Shown: positions 9,445 to 21,203 of the stretch, one piece after another
How the letters are laid out: each line of letters opens with the position of its first letter
How positions within the stretch are numbered: position 1 is the stretch's first letter
Assembly: GCA_964234715.1 (NCBI GenBank)
Contig: OZ174281.1
Strand: one strand, 5' to 3'
DNA from: Podarcis melisellensis
Taxonomy: Eukaryota
Length of the DNA: 64,000 nucleotides
The notes under the pieces: model-generated
Told to the model about the DNA's origin: nothing
What the model saw: the letters and a program-made list of their open reading frames with translations, nothing else
The model's database searches: none
Program-made: the position numbers and the translations under genes

Positions 9445-10255
9445 GTTTGTTTTTTTACAGTACTCACTGATACAAAGTACTGGAACCTCTTTTTTTTGGT
9501 GCCCATGGCAGCCATTGTGTGCTGGCGCCCACGGCACATTTATCAGTATTGGCACTTCCTTTTTTAAAAAAACAAAGAAGTGCCAATAGTAAAAAATAAC
9601 AACAATTCTGCATTCATGACACTGATTTATCATTCGTATTCTTAAGAGGACACTGATTTATTTCCAACAGAGAAATGATAGCTTCTAAGCATTGCCCTAA
9701 CTAGAAGAAGCTAGGAAGAATTAATAGGAAATTAATGGTTTTACTGTCAATCCAAGCCGTTATCAGGCATTTATATTAAGCCTATCAACCTATGCCAACC
9801 CTTTGGGCAAATCCAGCCTGAAATGGAGCTGTCTGCCATCACAGCTGCCAATATATAGGAAGTGAGAATATAATACCGAGCAGGAAAGCAGGGTAATTTA
9901 CCATTTCCTATCTAATTACTAATCTGGACTCATGATACCAAAGCACACTGCTGCGAGCTATTAACAACAATGTAATGGGCTGCCCAAAGGAAGAACCACA
10001 CTTTTCTTCAAACAAAATGAAACATCATCTTCAAGCAGATTGCCCAGCCCGGAGTTTGTCCCCAACAGCGTGGACATTTCTGAAGGGCAGTTGCTCTGGG
10101 CTGTGAGAGCCTTAGCCTGGGTTTTGAATGTTATTTAGACTAGCTTGACAGGAGTTGTGGGGCCCAGAAAGGAGATGGGGCATGAAGGTCTCCCTGTTCA
10201 CCATAAGACCACTCGGGTCTCTCCTCTTAATTCCTTGGTCCAGTCGTAAGAACCT

Positions 10256-10525
10256 TGTAGCACCTTAGTCAAAGACTAACACATTTATCACGGCATAAAC
10301 ATTCATTGACTGGAACCCACTTCTCCAGATGTATGAAGTGTTATTCTCAGTTCCACTTAATACATCTGATGGACTCAAGTTCATGGAAGCTTATGTGCAA
10401 CATATTTTTTCATCTTCAAAGTGCTACAAGTATCTTTGTTGTTAGTTGAGGACAACACTTCATGCATCAGATGAAGGGAACTCTTGTTGATTAAAGCTCA
10501 CACTGCAACAAATTAGTTAATCTCT
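10256..10525. mobile_element. Old degenerate PLE pseudo-LTR fold-back with decayed hammerhead motifs
   Basis: TGTAGCACCTT..AAAGACTAAC...CACTTCTCCAGATGTATGAAGTG, then an inverted CATCTGATGGACTCAAGTTCATGGAAGCTTATG...AAAGTGCTACA, then a third copy CACTTCATGCATCAGATGAAG...AAAGCTCAC. Same layout as 17921-18157. Confidence 0.65.
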
Positions 10526-10747
10526 ACACACTCTCTCTCCATCTGTGCAATAATTCTCCATGCAAAAAAGGAGTGGGGGAGATGGTAGAAATCAGATATA
10601 CGGTTGTCTATACTACTTAGTGCAAGGTACACGCACAAATGCCTTGCCCCAATGAGTGTATATGGATTGGTAAATTTAGAGTGTGCTGACTCATGATTTA
10701 TCCCATATTCCTGAGATTCTGGCAGCAGAAAGTTACCGAAGAACATA

Positions 10748-11119
10748 CCGTACTTTTCTATGTATGACACGCCCCCATGTATAAGATGCCCCCTATTTTG
10801 GGGGACTCAAATTTAAGAAAGTGGGGGAAGATGGCACAAAGTTGTAGAGCTTTTTGGGGGGAGGATTGCCCAGAGTTGTTGAGCATGCGCCACAAAATCA
10901 GCCTCTCGCTGTCCCCTCGATGGCAGAAGCTGCAAACCGTCCACCTAACTGCCACAGCGTCAGCCAATCAACAACTCCCACTGATGCACAATAGCCGCTG
11001 ACAGCCACGGCAGCAACCAATCAAACGTCCACCCTATGCACTACTCATGTATAAGACGACCCCACTTTTAAGCATTATTTTTAATGAAAAACCCTAATCT
11101 TATACACGGAAAAGTACAT
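10748..11119. mobile_element. Tc1/mariner (Tc2/pogo-like) MITE
   Basis: TA|CCGTACTTTTCTATGTAT ... ATACACGGAAAAGTACAT|TA; internal repeats of CATGTATAAGAYG.CCCC. Confidence 0.75.
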
Positions 11120-13934
11120 TACATAGATACTGAATTTCTGAAGCTTTAAAGAAGGGCGAGAAGGGCGACTTGCATGTATGAGTAATTATAGATGAAATAT
11201 TGCAAGCTGATCTTTCACGTGGCTTCAAACATAATGCTATTCAATGGAGCCAAAGCACATTTTCAGCTGTGAAGTCATTAAGTAGTGAGAATTCAATCAA
11301 GGGTTGTTCACATAGGAGTGAGCCGCTCTTTGGCAGAAAGCTGACAATTGAGTTTCCCCTTGGGAATATGGATCTGCTGCCCATTTCTAAATAGGGCTGA
11401 GTTCGCTGCTAGAGTGTTAGCTGGGTCAAAGGGATATTCTGTGTCATTAGGACTATGACACAGTGCAGAGCTTATAATGAGCTGCAAAGGTGCAACTGGC
11501 CTGCTTTTTCCAATGCACTTATTTTGTTGTATGCACTGAAGTGTCAGCACCTCACACTATGGTTGGCTTTTTGCATACTTGGCAAAAGGTTTTGGCTATT
11601 GCTGTGGAGGATTCTGAAACAGTGAGGGTCTTTGAAGCTATCTGCTAGAAGCCAAGAAACAGAATTCATTATTTGGACCAAGACTTAAGACAGCTAACTG
11701 ACATGAGAGATCGGTTTGTTTCAGATCTCTTTCTCCATTTGAAATTACAAGCTGAAGGCTGTGGAGAAATTTCACATTCTGCATTATTGCCGCCAATGCG
11801 TATTTAAAAGGACCACATACACTATACAGGCAAATGATTATGGATGCCTCTTATATGCGCTTGGGTTCTAGGGCAAAAGGAACTGTTCATTTTATCACTG
11901 TATATAATGTAATTTAATTTCATAATCTTCAAATGTACTGAAAGATTGGGAACACCTCACTTCTCATATTCTTTGGAAGCAAAGGACACCTATATTGGAA
12001 AATGCTGCTTATCACATCCCATAATGCATATACTATTATTATGCTAAGAGGGTGTTTCCCCCCTCCCATTTTTTATGCATGGCAGCAAGACAAGGCACAA
12101 AAACTATATAGCCAAAAATGAATAAAGAGTTTCTTTTTTTCTTGTCAGAAAGGAGTGTTGGTTTGATTAACATCATGCGCTGCCTCCAATGTCATGTTTG
12201 CAATAAAGCATTTTTCATGCAAATATGACTGCCTGGTACTGAATCAGATCCAGAGGAATGGCAGAATCCATGCAGCATACAAATTGAATTAATTAAGATA
12301 GTGCTGGGTTACTTCATTGAATGGGGCTTGCCTAGAAGGCAAAGAAAGTGGAAAAAAGGATTTTGTCGCAAATCAATAGCAGCGCCTCTCCAGCCACATC
12401 ACCCAAAATACAAAGGGAACTCTGTGTAACTGCTGGGACTCTCTGCCATTACTTCCTGCACTGTGGGAGCGCATGGAGCACACTGAGAGTTCACACTGCG
12501 CAGTGTAGGAATCACTAACCCTTCCACACTGCTCTAGGGATACCAAAAGATCCAGGGCAAGCTTCTGTAAATGGCACACCCATTTAGCAATCATGACAAA
12601 TGGACATTAACCGACCTGTCCACCATGAATGTCTCCCCCTCCCTATTAACACTGTTTAAGCTGGTGGTCACCAGCACTTCTCAAAGTTCTGAATTTCATG
12701 AGCAGATTGTGCATGTGAAAAAGTATCAGAAATATAACTGCATTAATAACAGAAGAAAAATGACCCTCATTCAACTCTATGCACATGCAGTCACCAACCA
12801 GTTATCCAGCACAGAGGGGAAAGCGGGAAGGAACAAAAGCGAAACTCCAATGACAAATTATGGTTTCGTTTCAATGAGGGAGTGGATGCTTCCAGCCGTG
12901 GTCTGGAATTACAAGCTCTGGACAAAACCATGGGTATTCTCCCATCATGTCTAGCTTTGCCCTAGTATCTCATAAGTATGCTTTTACCCTAAAGGCAGAC
13001 TATTTTGTTGTTCCAACTTCAAGCCACCTATTGCCCTCTCATAAAAAATTAATTGCTTTAAAATCATCCAAGCAATGCAAAAATATTATGAATCTCAAAC
13101 TGCCCGGAGCGCTTGGATATGAGCCTGTCAATCAAAAGCCTTTACTCAGAAAGGGATTTAAAGACACACAGAGAGAAAACTGCTAGGCTTTGGCCTTCGA
13201 TTGCTTAAGGAACATTTGTACAGAAACAGCATGGTTTTTTAATAGTAATTATTTTCATTGCTATAATTGCTAATAAGAGAGTCTCGTGTAATTTTACCAT
13301 ACTGGCCATTTATTGAGCTGCCTCTTTTAGCAGCTTAGGACACAGCAGTATTTAGTTTACTTTTATAGCTGGTTAAGATATTGTTCACAGGGGTAGTCCA
13401 GAGCCTACCTCAGCATGTACATGGAGATGATTTTTGCTTGTAACATCCCATAGGCCTAAATCATGCAGCTGATTCCGGGGGGTGGGGGGGGGAGAGTCCT
13501 GGATGAATCACATGATTTTTGGCTCTCATATTTGTTCCAGAAAATGAGAACCCTTTGAACTTTGCACTTCTTTGAAGTTTGCAATGCTGTTCTCCCAAAA
13601 AAAATATCATAGAGGAAAGGGAATGCTAAATGTGAAAGGTACATACAATTCTTTATGTTAGGGATTGCTTGTGAAAAATGGAGGTGCGAGACAAAACTGC
13701 ATGCAGAAATTTGTATACCAGGCGAAATGTGCCTGGTGAATTTTCATGAAAACTTTTTTTCTTAATCACAACCTGCTACTTCTTAAGACTAGAAAAAGGA
13801 GAGGGAAGTCAAAGGAGATGGATTTGTGCATCCTTACTGGTAAGCCTGACTGACTATGGCCAGTCTTACATGGCATGGCATGCTTCCTGTGCTGGCAGAG
13901 ATCCAGCTCCCCACACAAGAGCTTCTACATTTGT

Positions 13935-14125
13935 GCAGGAACACAGGAAGCTGCCTTAGACCAAGTCAAACCATTGGTCCACCTACTGCTGACAATGACT
14001 TGAAGTGGCTTTCCAAGGTTTCAAGCAGAAGTCTTTCCCAGGTCTGCCAAAAGAAAGCAGGGACCATAATGGGGAACTATTGCATGCCAAGTATTTGCTC
14101 TAGCACTAAGCTACAGCTCCTCTTC
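13935..14125 (-). mobile_element. Old tRNA-headed SINE with a CR1-like tail
   Basis: Minus strand starts GGAGCTGTAGCTTAGTGCTAGAGCA (A-box-like) and ends ...AAGGCAGCTTCCTGTGT. Related fragments lie near 1190-1330, 56120-56230 and 62520-62630. Confidence 0.55.
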
Positions 14126-14163
14126 TCCTAAATGTTTTGCCCATGGAAGGACAATGTCACAGG

Positions 14164-14235
14164 GTTCTGGAGGTTACTAATTATTAATTATAATTATTCT
14201 AATAATTATAATTAATAATTAGTAACCTCCAGAAC
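14164..14235. repeat. Perfect AT-rich palindrome with 35-bp arms and a 2-nt spacer
   Basis: GTTCTGGAGGTTACTAATTATTAATTATAATTATT-CT-AATAATTATAATTAATAATTAGTAACCTCCAGAAC. Confidence 0.95.
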
Positions 14236-14359
14236 TAATTATAAAGACTAATTATTCAACTGATGGAGCAAGCATTGCTTTTGCATCCTCCTGTGTTCAG
14301 TAAGCCACCCCCATTCTAAGCGATTTCTGAATCTTATTCAGAAATGAGATCAGTTATTA

Positions 14360-14605
14360 TACAAGAAAGGGCCTTTTCTGCAGTGGCTCCCCATTTGTGG
14401 AATGCTCTCCCCAGGGAGGTTCACCTGCTGCCTTCATTATACACCTTTAAACCAGGCAAAAATGTTCCTCTTTAACCAGGCCTTTGGCTGATTCACACCT
14501 GATGCCCTTTTAAAATGTGCTTGGGGAGATTGATTGGGTTATTTTTATTTTTATTTCGTATGTCGTGTTTTTATGTTGCGATTTTACCCCGTGAATCGCC
14601 CTGAT
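14360..14605 (+). mobile_element. L2 3' end fragment
   Basis: Closely matches 2676-2912 (ACAAGAA.GGGCCTTTTCTGCAGTGGCTC...AACCAGGCCTTTGGCTGATT). Confidence 0.85.
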
Positions 14606-16019
14606 TCACGAAGCAGACGAGGGACTGCAAGTCATGCTACATTTCTTAATTCACACTTGCTGGCGAACGAGTTGCCCTTTCCTTGATTTGTAATCTTAAA
14701 AAGTAAGCTGTGCTTCAAATGGCTTCTTTATGCACAGGCTGCCATTGCTGTAATGTGCAGTGGAAGAATGAGGCTCAAGCCCACAGAAAAGCACCAAGTG
14801 GCTCGGCGTGCTAATAGCAGAGACTGAACCAGTTTGGGAGGGGACCGGTTCTTAAGCGCTGCTACAATAGAGGGTCTTTATAAAGTCCCTGCTGAGCTGT
14901 GCATTCAGAATACCCTGATAAATCAGGCGTTTCACTGGAGCCATAAAAAGCGATGAGAGGAGCATAGGGAAGGCACTAGAGTGCGATCGTCCTCTGAATG
15001 CTGCTGAAATAAAGGAGAGCATTATCAAGGATCCGCTGCGATACCCACAAGGAACTGCCGTCTTGTCACCACCAGGATGTTTCTGCACGAGTGTCACTGT
15101 ATGGAGATGGAAAATACTAGTTCTTTTCACTTCTCTTTTCCCTCTTTCAATTTCAATTTTTTAAAAAAAAACCACCCCCAAATGCCAGACACTAATTTCT
15201 GCTGTGGACCTCCTTGTCAGTCCTTAAAGAGACACTCCACGTGCCTATAAAACAAAACAAAAGCAGCTTCTCTTATACTAGATTAAAAAAAAGCCTTAAT
15301 AAGCTTTACATTAACGGCCTCTTTTAGTGGGGTAGGACCGATATCGCCTGTTTTTTCCCTATCTGCATAGGATGTGTTTTTAGGCTTTCATTGGTTGTGT
15401 TTGTTATAATCAGTTTTAGTAGATATACTTACATTTCTGTAAGTCATTCGGTGTCACATTTGTGAGGAAAGCAACTAACATAAAAATTCTCACAGAAGGT
15501 GCCCAGTCTCTCTTAGCAGAATATTATACCATAAAACTGGGCTGATGACACCAAAGGCTCATTTTCTTGTCGTCGTCAAATTAGCCTCACCAACTCAGGG
15601 AATGACCAATGACGCTCCGGCAGATGATTTCAGCGGGATATAAGTGTTCTCTGTCTTACCCAGGACCTAAGCTGTTACTAATAAAGTGGGTGTAAGCACA
15701 CAATGGGTGCCATGGGCAGAAAAAAAGGTGATACTGCTCTGTAGCAGTGAGTACCAGCACACACACAAAAGCACTGACTATTATTTCTACTATTTTTATA
15801 GCTTTCATTCATTGCTTACTACAAAAATGTCTGAAAGTGGCTTACAATGATAAAAACATACATAATAGAGAAATGTAAAATACAACAGAACGATAAAAGA
15901 ACTTGAATGACTAAATGTGCCCCTCTTGCACCAATAGAAAAAAGGATAAATCCTGCCTCATCCTGCTAAAAGATGAACACCAATGCAAGCTACGGTATCA
16001 TCGTGTCACATGACTCCAA

Positions 16020-16465
16020 TTAAAAGCCAAATGCCTGGATGAACAGGGTTAGCACCTTAAAGTTGATAAAGATGTAACCAGGCACACATTTCCAAAGAGA
16101 TCATTCCGCAATTGGGAGCCACCACTTAAACAGCCCATTTTAGTGTTGCCACTCACAGAAGCTCCCTTGGAGGGGGCACACAAATAAGGGCCCCTGATGA
16201 TTGATGCAGGGTGTAGGTAGGTTCATGTGGGGAGAGGGAGTCCCTTCCCTGAGGTATTGGGGTCCTGAGTCACAGAAGGCTTTATAGGCCAAGACCAGCA
16301 TTTTGAATCGAGCCAGGAAACTAATCAGCAATCAATGTAGTCTGCCATTGGGGTTATATGCTCAGATTTCCTACTTCCAGTTAACAATCCGGCTGCTGAA
16401 TTCTGCACTAGCTACAGTTTCCAAATTGCCTTTGAAGGTAGCCCCTTGTATAATGCATTGAAGTA
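16020..16465 (-). mobile_element. L2 ORF2 3' fragment, degenerate
   Basis: Minus frame LISFLARFKMLVLAYKAF..SGPQYLRE is homologous to the L2 at 2040-2240. Confidence 0.75.
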
Positions 16466-17792
16466 AAACAAAAGTATAGTCTGCACCTTGGGGGGGGGAG
16501 GAGGGAGAGAATGCATGCACCCCAAATCTACTCCTTTATTAGAAACTCATTATTTTTATTTGCATTTTTTAAGAACTAAATCATCAGATCAAAAAAAGGA
16601 ATACTATAAACCTGCTTTCAAAAACACAGAAGTGGTGGTGCTAACATAGCTTCACCTCCTTACCCTGCCTTTTGACACTTGGGATGTGTGTTTTAAGAAC
16701 CCATCTTATTTTTGTAATATTGCTTTCAACTGTTTTTGATATTGTGTAATATTGGTTTTTTATATTAATGTTGTGTTTTAATAGCTGTAACCTGCCCTGG
16801 GACCTTAGGCTGAAGGGCAGGTAATATTGCAGCAATAATAGTAATAGTAGTAGTAATAATAATAATAGAGGCCCAACTGGGATGGTTAAATTCTGGCCTG
16901 ACGTGAGAGATGCCATTGCTCTGAATCTATGCGAAGTATCATGTTTGTGCTTGCAGCTAACAAGAATAAAGTGATGGCTGGTACATACAGTTCATAGCCT
17001 TTACGTTAAGAAATAATGCCTTGAACGGATGCTTACAAGTTGGAATTAATTTGATCAAAATACAGCTTGGGCGGAGTTGGCCAAACTTGGAAGGAACTTT
17101 ACAAAAAAGATGACATGTTGTGCATGTGCAAGAGAGGTGGAGAGAAGGAAGGATGGAAGGAGTTTAAGGTCAGATAGGTTGGGGCTCCTGTAAAACTGAG
17201 GTTGTCTATTGTTTTTGTTACATATTTTAGAGCATAAGGGGATAACTTGCATTCTGATCCCAATCTCATTTTATGCAGCCTCCAAAACCTCATCAGTTTG
17301 CACCATTTTCCCCATCCCATCTTGATTTTTCCAGGTTTTTAAGATCATTTCCCCCCTTTCAGAACACTTAAAAGGGTCAGTATTTTATTTGAAAAATATT
17401 CATAAATTATATATTAAAAATTCTTGATTGTGTGGCTTGGGTGTATTTTACTTTCTTGCTAATTGTGCTGCTTTAAATGTGCATTTTATATTTGACTTCC
17501 TTTAGAAATGTTTAGATCTTTTTTTAATTAACTTTGCTGTGTTAAATGTGCATTCTGTACATGATCACCTTAGTAGGATTTTATTTTGAAGTCTTTAAGA
17601 TAATATTTAGTTTATACTAAATATAAACTAAATATTTTAGTTAATAATTTAGTTAATTACATTGCTTTGAATGTATATTTGGCTTTCTTCTGTAATGTTT
17701 CACTCTGGGTTGCTTCATGTGACATTTTAATGTATGTTATAAACCACTTCGAGATTTTTATCTTAAAAATACAAAGTGGTATAGAAAGGAAA

Positions 17793-17834
<42 letters not shown>

Positions 17835-18012
17835 GTCCCCCCAGCTGCCTTTAACAAATGATTAGACTTCAATCATCTCTCTCTCCCTACATAGCACATT
17901 ACTGTCAGAAATTATTTCCAGTTACAGATAAGTAGCCGTGTTGGTCTGCCATAGTCAAAACAAAAAAAATTCCTTCCAGTAGCACCTTAAAGACCAACTA
18001 AGTTAGTTCTTG

Positions 18013-18050
18013 GTATGAGCTTTCGTGTGCATGCACACTTCTTCAGATAC
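18013..18050 (-). ncRNA. Minimal type I hammerhead ribozyme motif (intact)
   Basis: GUAU-CUGAAGA-A-GUGUG(CAUG)CACAC-GAAA-G-CUC^AUAC: helix I GUAU/AUAC and palindromic AGCU helix III. Confidence 0.85.
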
Positions 18051-18081
18051 ACTCACACTTCTTCAGATACACTTCTTCAGT

Positions 18082-18119
18082 GTATCTGAAGAAGTGTGCA
18101 TTCACACGAAAGCTCATAG
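18082..18119 (+). ncRNA. Minimal type I hammerhead ribozyme motif (2 substitutions relative to its partner)
   Basis: GTAT-CTGAAGA-A-GTGTG(CATT)CACAC-GAAA-G-CTC^ATAG; predicted cut after 18115. Confidence 0.8.
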
Positions 18120-18377
18120 CAAGAACTAACTTAGTTGGTCTTTAAGGTGCTACTGGAAGAAATTATTTCCACTTCCTTTTCAGAACACTTACAATGTGGT
18201 CAGAAAAAAAATGCTCTTTTTATGTATTTGACAGTAATCCATTAAGTTCACTAAACAGATGCTACTTTTGATCACACTTGCATTTGATTGGCAGAATTAC
18301 TTAAATGTCATTTTGTACAAATGCTATAGAAATTAATATTTCTTTATAGAATTAGAGCCTGTTAATTAGCGTTGCTT

Positions 18378-18649
18378 GCTCACTGGAAGGACAGATTCTG
18401 AAGCTGAGACTCCAATACTTTGGCCACCTCATGAGAAGAGAAGACTCCCTGGAAAAGACCCTGATGTTGGGAAAGATTGAGGGCACAAGGAGAAGGGCAC
18501 AACAGAGGATGAGATGGTTGGATAGTATTCTTGAAGCTACCAGCATGAGTTTGACCAAACTGCGGGAGGCAGTGGAAGACATGAGTGCCTGGCGTGCTCT
18601 GGTCCATGGGGTCATGAAGAGTCGGACACGACTAAACGACTAAACAACA
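18378..18649 (+). mobile_element. BovB (RTE clade) LINE 3' end
   Basis: LKLRLQYFGHLMRREDSLEKTLMLGKIEGTRRR..QRMRWLD; tail GACACGACTAAACGACTAAACAACA; 14-bp TSD AATTAGCGTTGCTT (18364-18377 / 18650-18663). Confidence 0.95.
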
Positions 18650-19709
18650 AATTAGCGTTGCTTAGATTCTGTATGATAGTCACTAAGCATTGGGATTTGG
18701 CCAGTCCATAACAGCACTAGTAAAATCCTCACCTTAAAATGAACAAAAACAGGGGAGGATTGTGCTGTCATCATGACACCACCTTGCAACAACCTCTCGG
18801 CACTCTCTTAACCAGAATGAGCTTTGTGTTGGTTTGTCACCATTTGGCATTAATGCGAAGACTTGTTCTCAAGGAACAATTGTGCTTACAGCTGATGGAT
18901 GGAGCTGCCCAGCAGATCACTGTGAACTGCAATAACCTCACAGCCTTCATCCACTGCATGGCAGCTAAACAGCGTCGGCCAATGAAAGAATTAATCAGGT
19001 AAGTTGCTGTGTGTCCATTTGCTTCCATTCGTGCTTGCTTTCCTTATCTTGTTTACCGCTGCTGGAGAATGGCAGTGAATGTGTTACATAAATGAACCGC
19101 ATCAAAAAGCAGCCCAGATATAAGCTGTAATTGCCATTGCCATATCTACTGCATTTTATTTTATTTTATTCTGAGTCGTTACTTTAACATTCAACTAACC
19201 TTTACTCAGCTGACCCACTGAAATAAATGGATCTAAGTTAGTCACGGCCATTAACTCTGATTGCTTTACTCTGAATAAAGGTTAGTTCAATGCAACCCAC
19301 TGTTTCCTGCAAAAACCTACCTCTTAAGAAGCAAAATATAAGGCGCAGTAAGTTATCAAGCGCTATTAACGATTCCAGTTTTTCGCTCTCTCCTCCTACA
19401 TACTCAATCTCTTTCTCTCCCCCCCAAGTAGTTATTGCACTTGTTTCGTATAACTTTTGTTTTTCCTTATTATTGTGCTAACATATTTTTTTAATGACAT
19501 ATCCACAGAGCTTTTAAACTGATGAATTATGTTTAACAGTAGCCACTGTTGTAATACAAGAATATGCTGTTAAAGTGCATCATAACTTCCTATTCCCAGC
19601 TTTCTTTACCACTGAGCATAACTCCCATGTGTTGCAATTGTTCCCTCCACTTCTCTCCAGTGCTTATGCAACGGTCCTGAAGTTGTATTTCACTGTACAT
19701 TATTATATA

Positions 19710-20074
19710 AAGGTAAAGGTAAAGGTACCCCTGCCCGTACGGGCCAGTCTTGCCAGACTCTGGGGTTGTGCGCCCATCTCACTCAAGAGGCCAGGGGCCA
19801 GCGCTGTCCGAAGACACTTCCGGGTCACGTGGCCAGCGCGACATCGCTGCTCTGGCGAGCCAGAGCTGCACACGGAAACGCCGTTTACCTTCCCGCTAGA
19901 AAGCGGTCCCTATTTATCTACTTGCACCCGAGGGTGCTTTCGAACTGCTAGGTTGGCAGGCGCTGGGACCGAGCAGCGGGAGCGCACCCCGCCGTGGGGA
20001 TTCGAACCCCCGACCTTTCGATCAGCAAGCCCTAGGCGCTGAGGCTTTAACCCACAGCGCCACCCGTGTCCCTA
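19710..20074 (-). mobile_element. Sauria SINE, full length
   Basis: tRNA-like head GGGACACGGGTGGCGCTGTGGGTTAAA on the minus strand, (ACCTTT)n tail, 13-bp TSD ACATTATTATATA (19697-19709 / 20075-20087). Confidence 0.95.
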
Positions 20075-20441
20075 ACATTATTATATACCACTGGATAATT
20101 ATTTTGAAGTTCCGTTTCCTAACGCTGCTCCTAACATGGCCAGAACAAATGCACATCCCTTGCTCCAAATGCTATCTCCACCTCTTCTAATTTAATTGCT
20201 CTTGTCATCTACGCAAACTTCTTCTGCCACAACATAAGATATTAGGAAGATGTAAATACTCAAAATCAAGCCTTTCAGTCTGGGATGGGAAAGCTGTGAC
20301 CTTCCAGATACTGTTAGGCTCCAGTAGGGCTAACAATTGGGGCGATGGATGTTGTAGTCCACCTGAGTGGAAGCATGCATAAGAATGGATTGTAAGTCAC
20401 AATTATCATGTTGAACATTTAGAACTATGTCTCTCCCTTAA

Positions 20442-20797
20442 GGGACACAGGTGGCGCTGTGGGTTAAACCACAGAGCCTAGGACTTGCCAATCAGAAGGT
20501 CGGCGGTTCGAATCCCTGCGACGGGGTGAGCTCCCTTTGCTCGGTCCCAGCTCCTGCCAACCTAGCAGTTCGAAAGCACGTCAAAGTGCAAGTAGATAAA
20601 TAGGTACCGCTCCAGCAGGAAGGTAAACAGCGTTTCTGTGCGCTGCTTTGGTTTGCCAGAAGTGGCTTAGTCATGCTGGCCACATGACCCGGAAGCTGTA
20701 TGCCGGCTCCCTTGGCCAATAAAGCGAGATGAGCGCCGCAACCCCAGAGTCGGCCACGACTGGACCTAATGGTCAGGGGTCCCTTTACCCTTTACCT
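20442..20797 (+). mobile_element. Sauria SINE, full length
   Basis: GGGACACAGGTGGCGCTGTGGGTTAAACC...GGTTCGAATCC B-box...CAAGTAGATAAATAGGTACC...CCCTTTACC tail. Confidence 0.95.
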
Positions 20798-21109
20798 CCC
20801 CCTTCTGTCCCTTTATTTTCTTCCTTTGCAAAGACATCGCTTGCCTCATCCCTAGCCAGTGTGCTGGTGATCAAATGATGACATACATACACCTGCCAAC
20901 TTCATAGAAACTTTGCTTCTTTTAAAATGGCATCTAGTGCTACCTTCTACAATACGAAATATCATAAATAAAAGAAGCAATCTAGTGCAACACACTACAG
21001 TTGGTAAAAGAGGAGGATGGGGCCTTAAGTGGTACACCAAAACTCTCAGCAAGTTTTAAGTGGGGGAAAGGGTTCGGGAACCAACGCCCCTAATACTTAG
21101 GTCACATAC

Positions 21110-21203
21110 CAAAAACTTCGTTGTCCTCAGAGGGTTGCTGGGTGAGCCGGTCTGCTTTGGGGCTCGCTTTGTTTTCAGCTTCCTCTACTTTTCCTTCAGT
21201 GTT
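21110..21203 (-). CDS. Candidate coding exon of the host gene: NTEGKVEEAENKASPKADRLTQQPSEDNEVF(G)
   Basis: tttacatttttttcAG|AACACT...TTTTTG|GTATGT; 94 nt. Only the phase-0 frame is open, and it ends in phase 1. Confidence 0.6.

Larger units (their letters stand above)
17921..18157. mobile_element. ORF-less PLE fold-back (two inverted pseudo-LTR ends of a second PLE family) with a 14-bp TSD
   Basis: 80-bp inverted arms 17974-18053 / 18079-18158; TSD AGAAATTATTTCCA at 17907-17920 and 18158-18171; a hammerhead in each arm. Confidence 0.88.

Noticed and set aside
9153-9633. ORFs with poly-I, Y, C or L runs (also near 5051, 7183, 16641, 17657, 45929 and 49004)
   Set aside because: They are translations of microsatellites.
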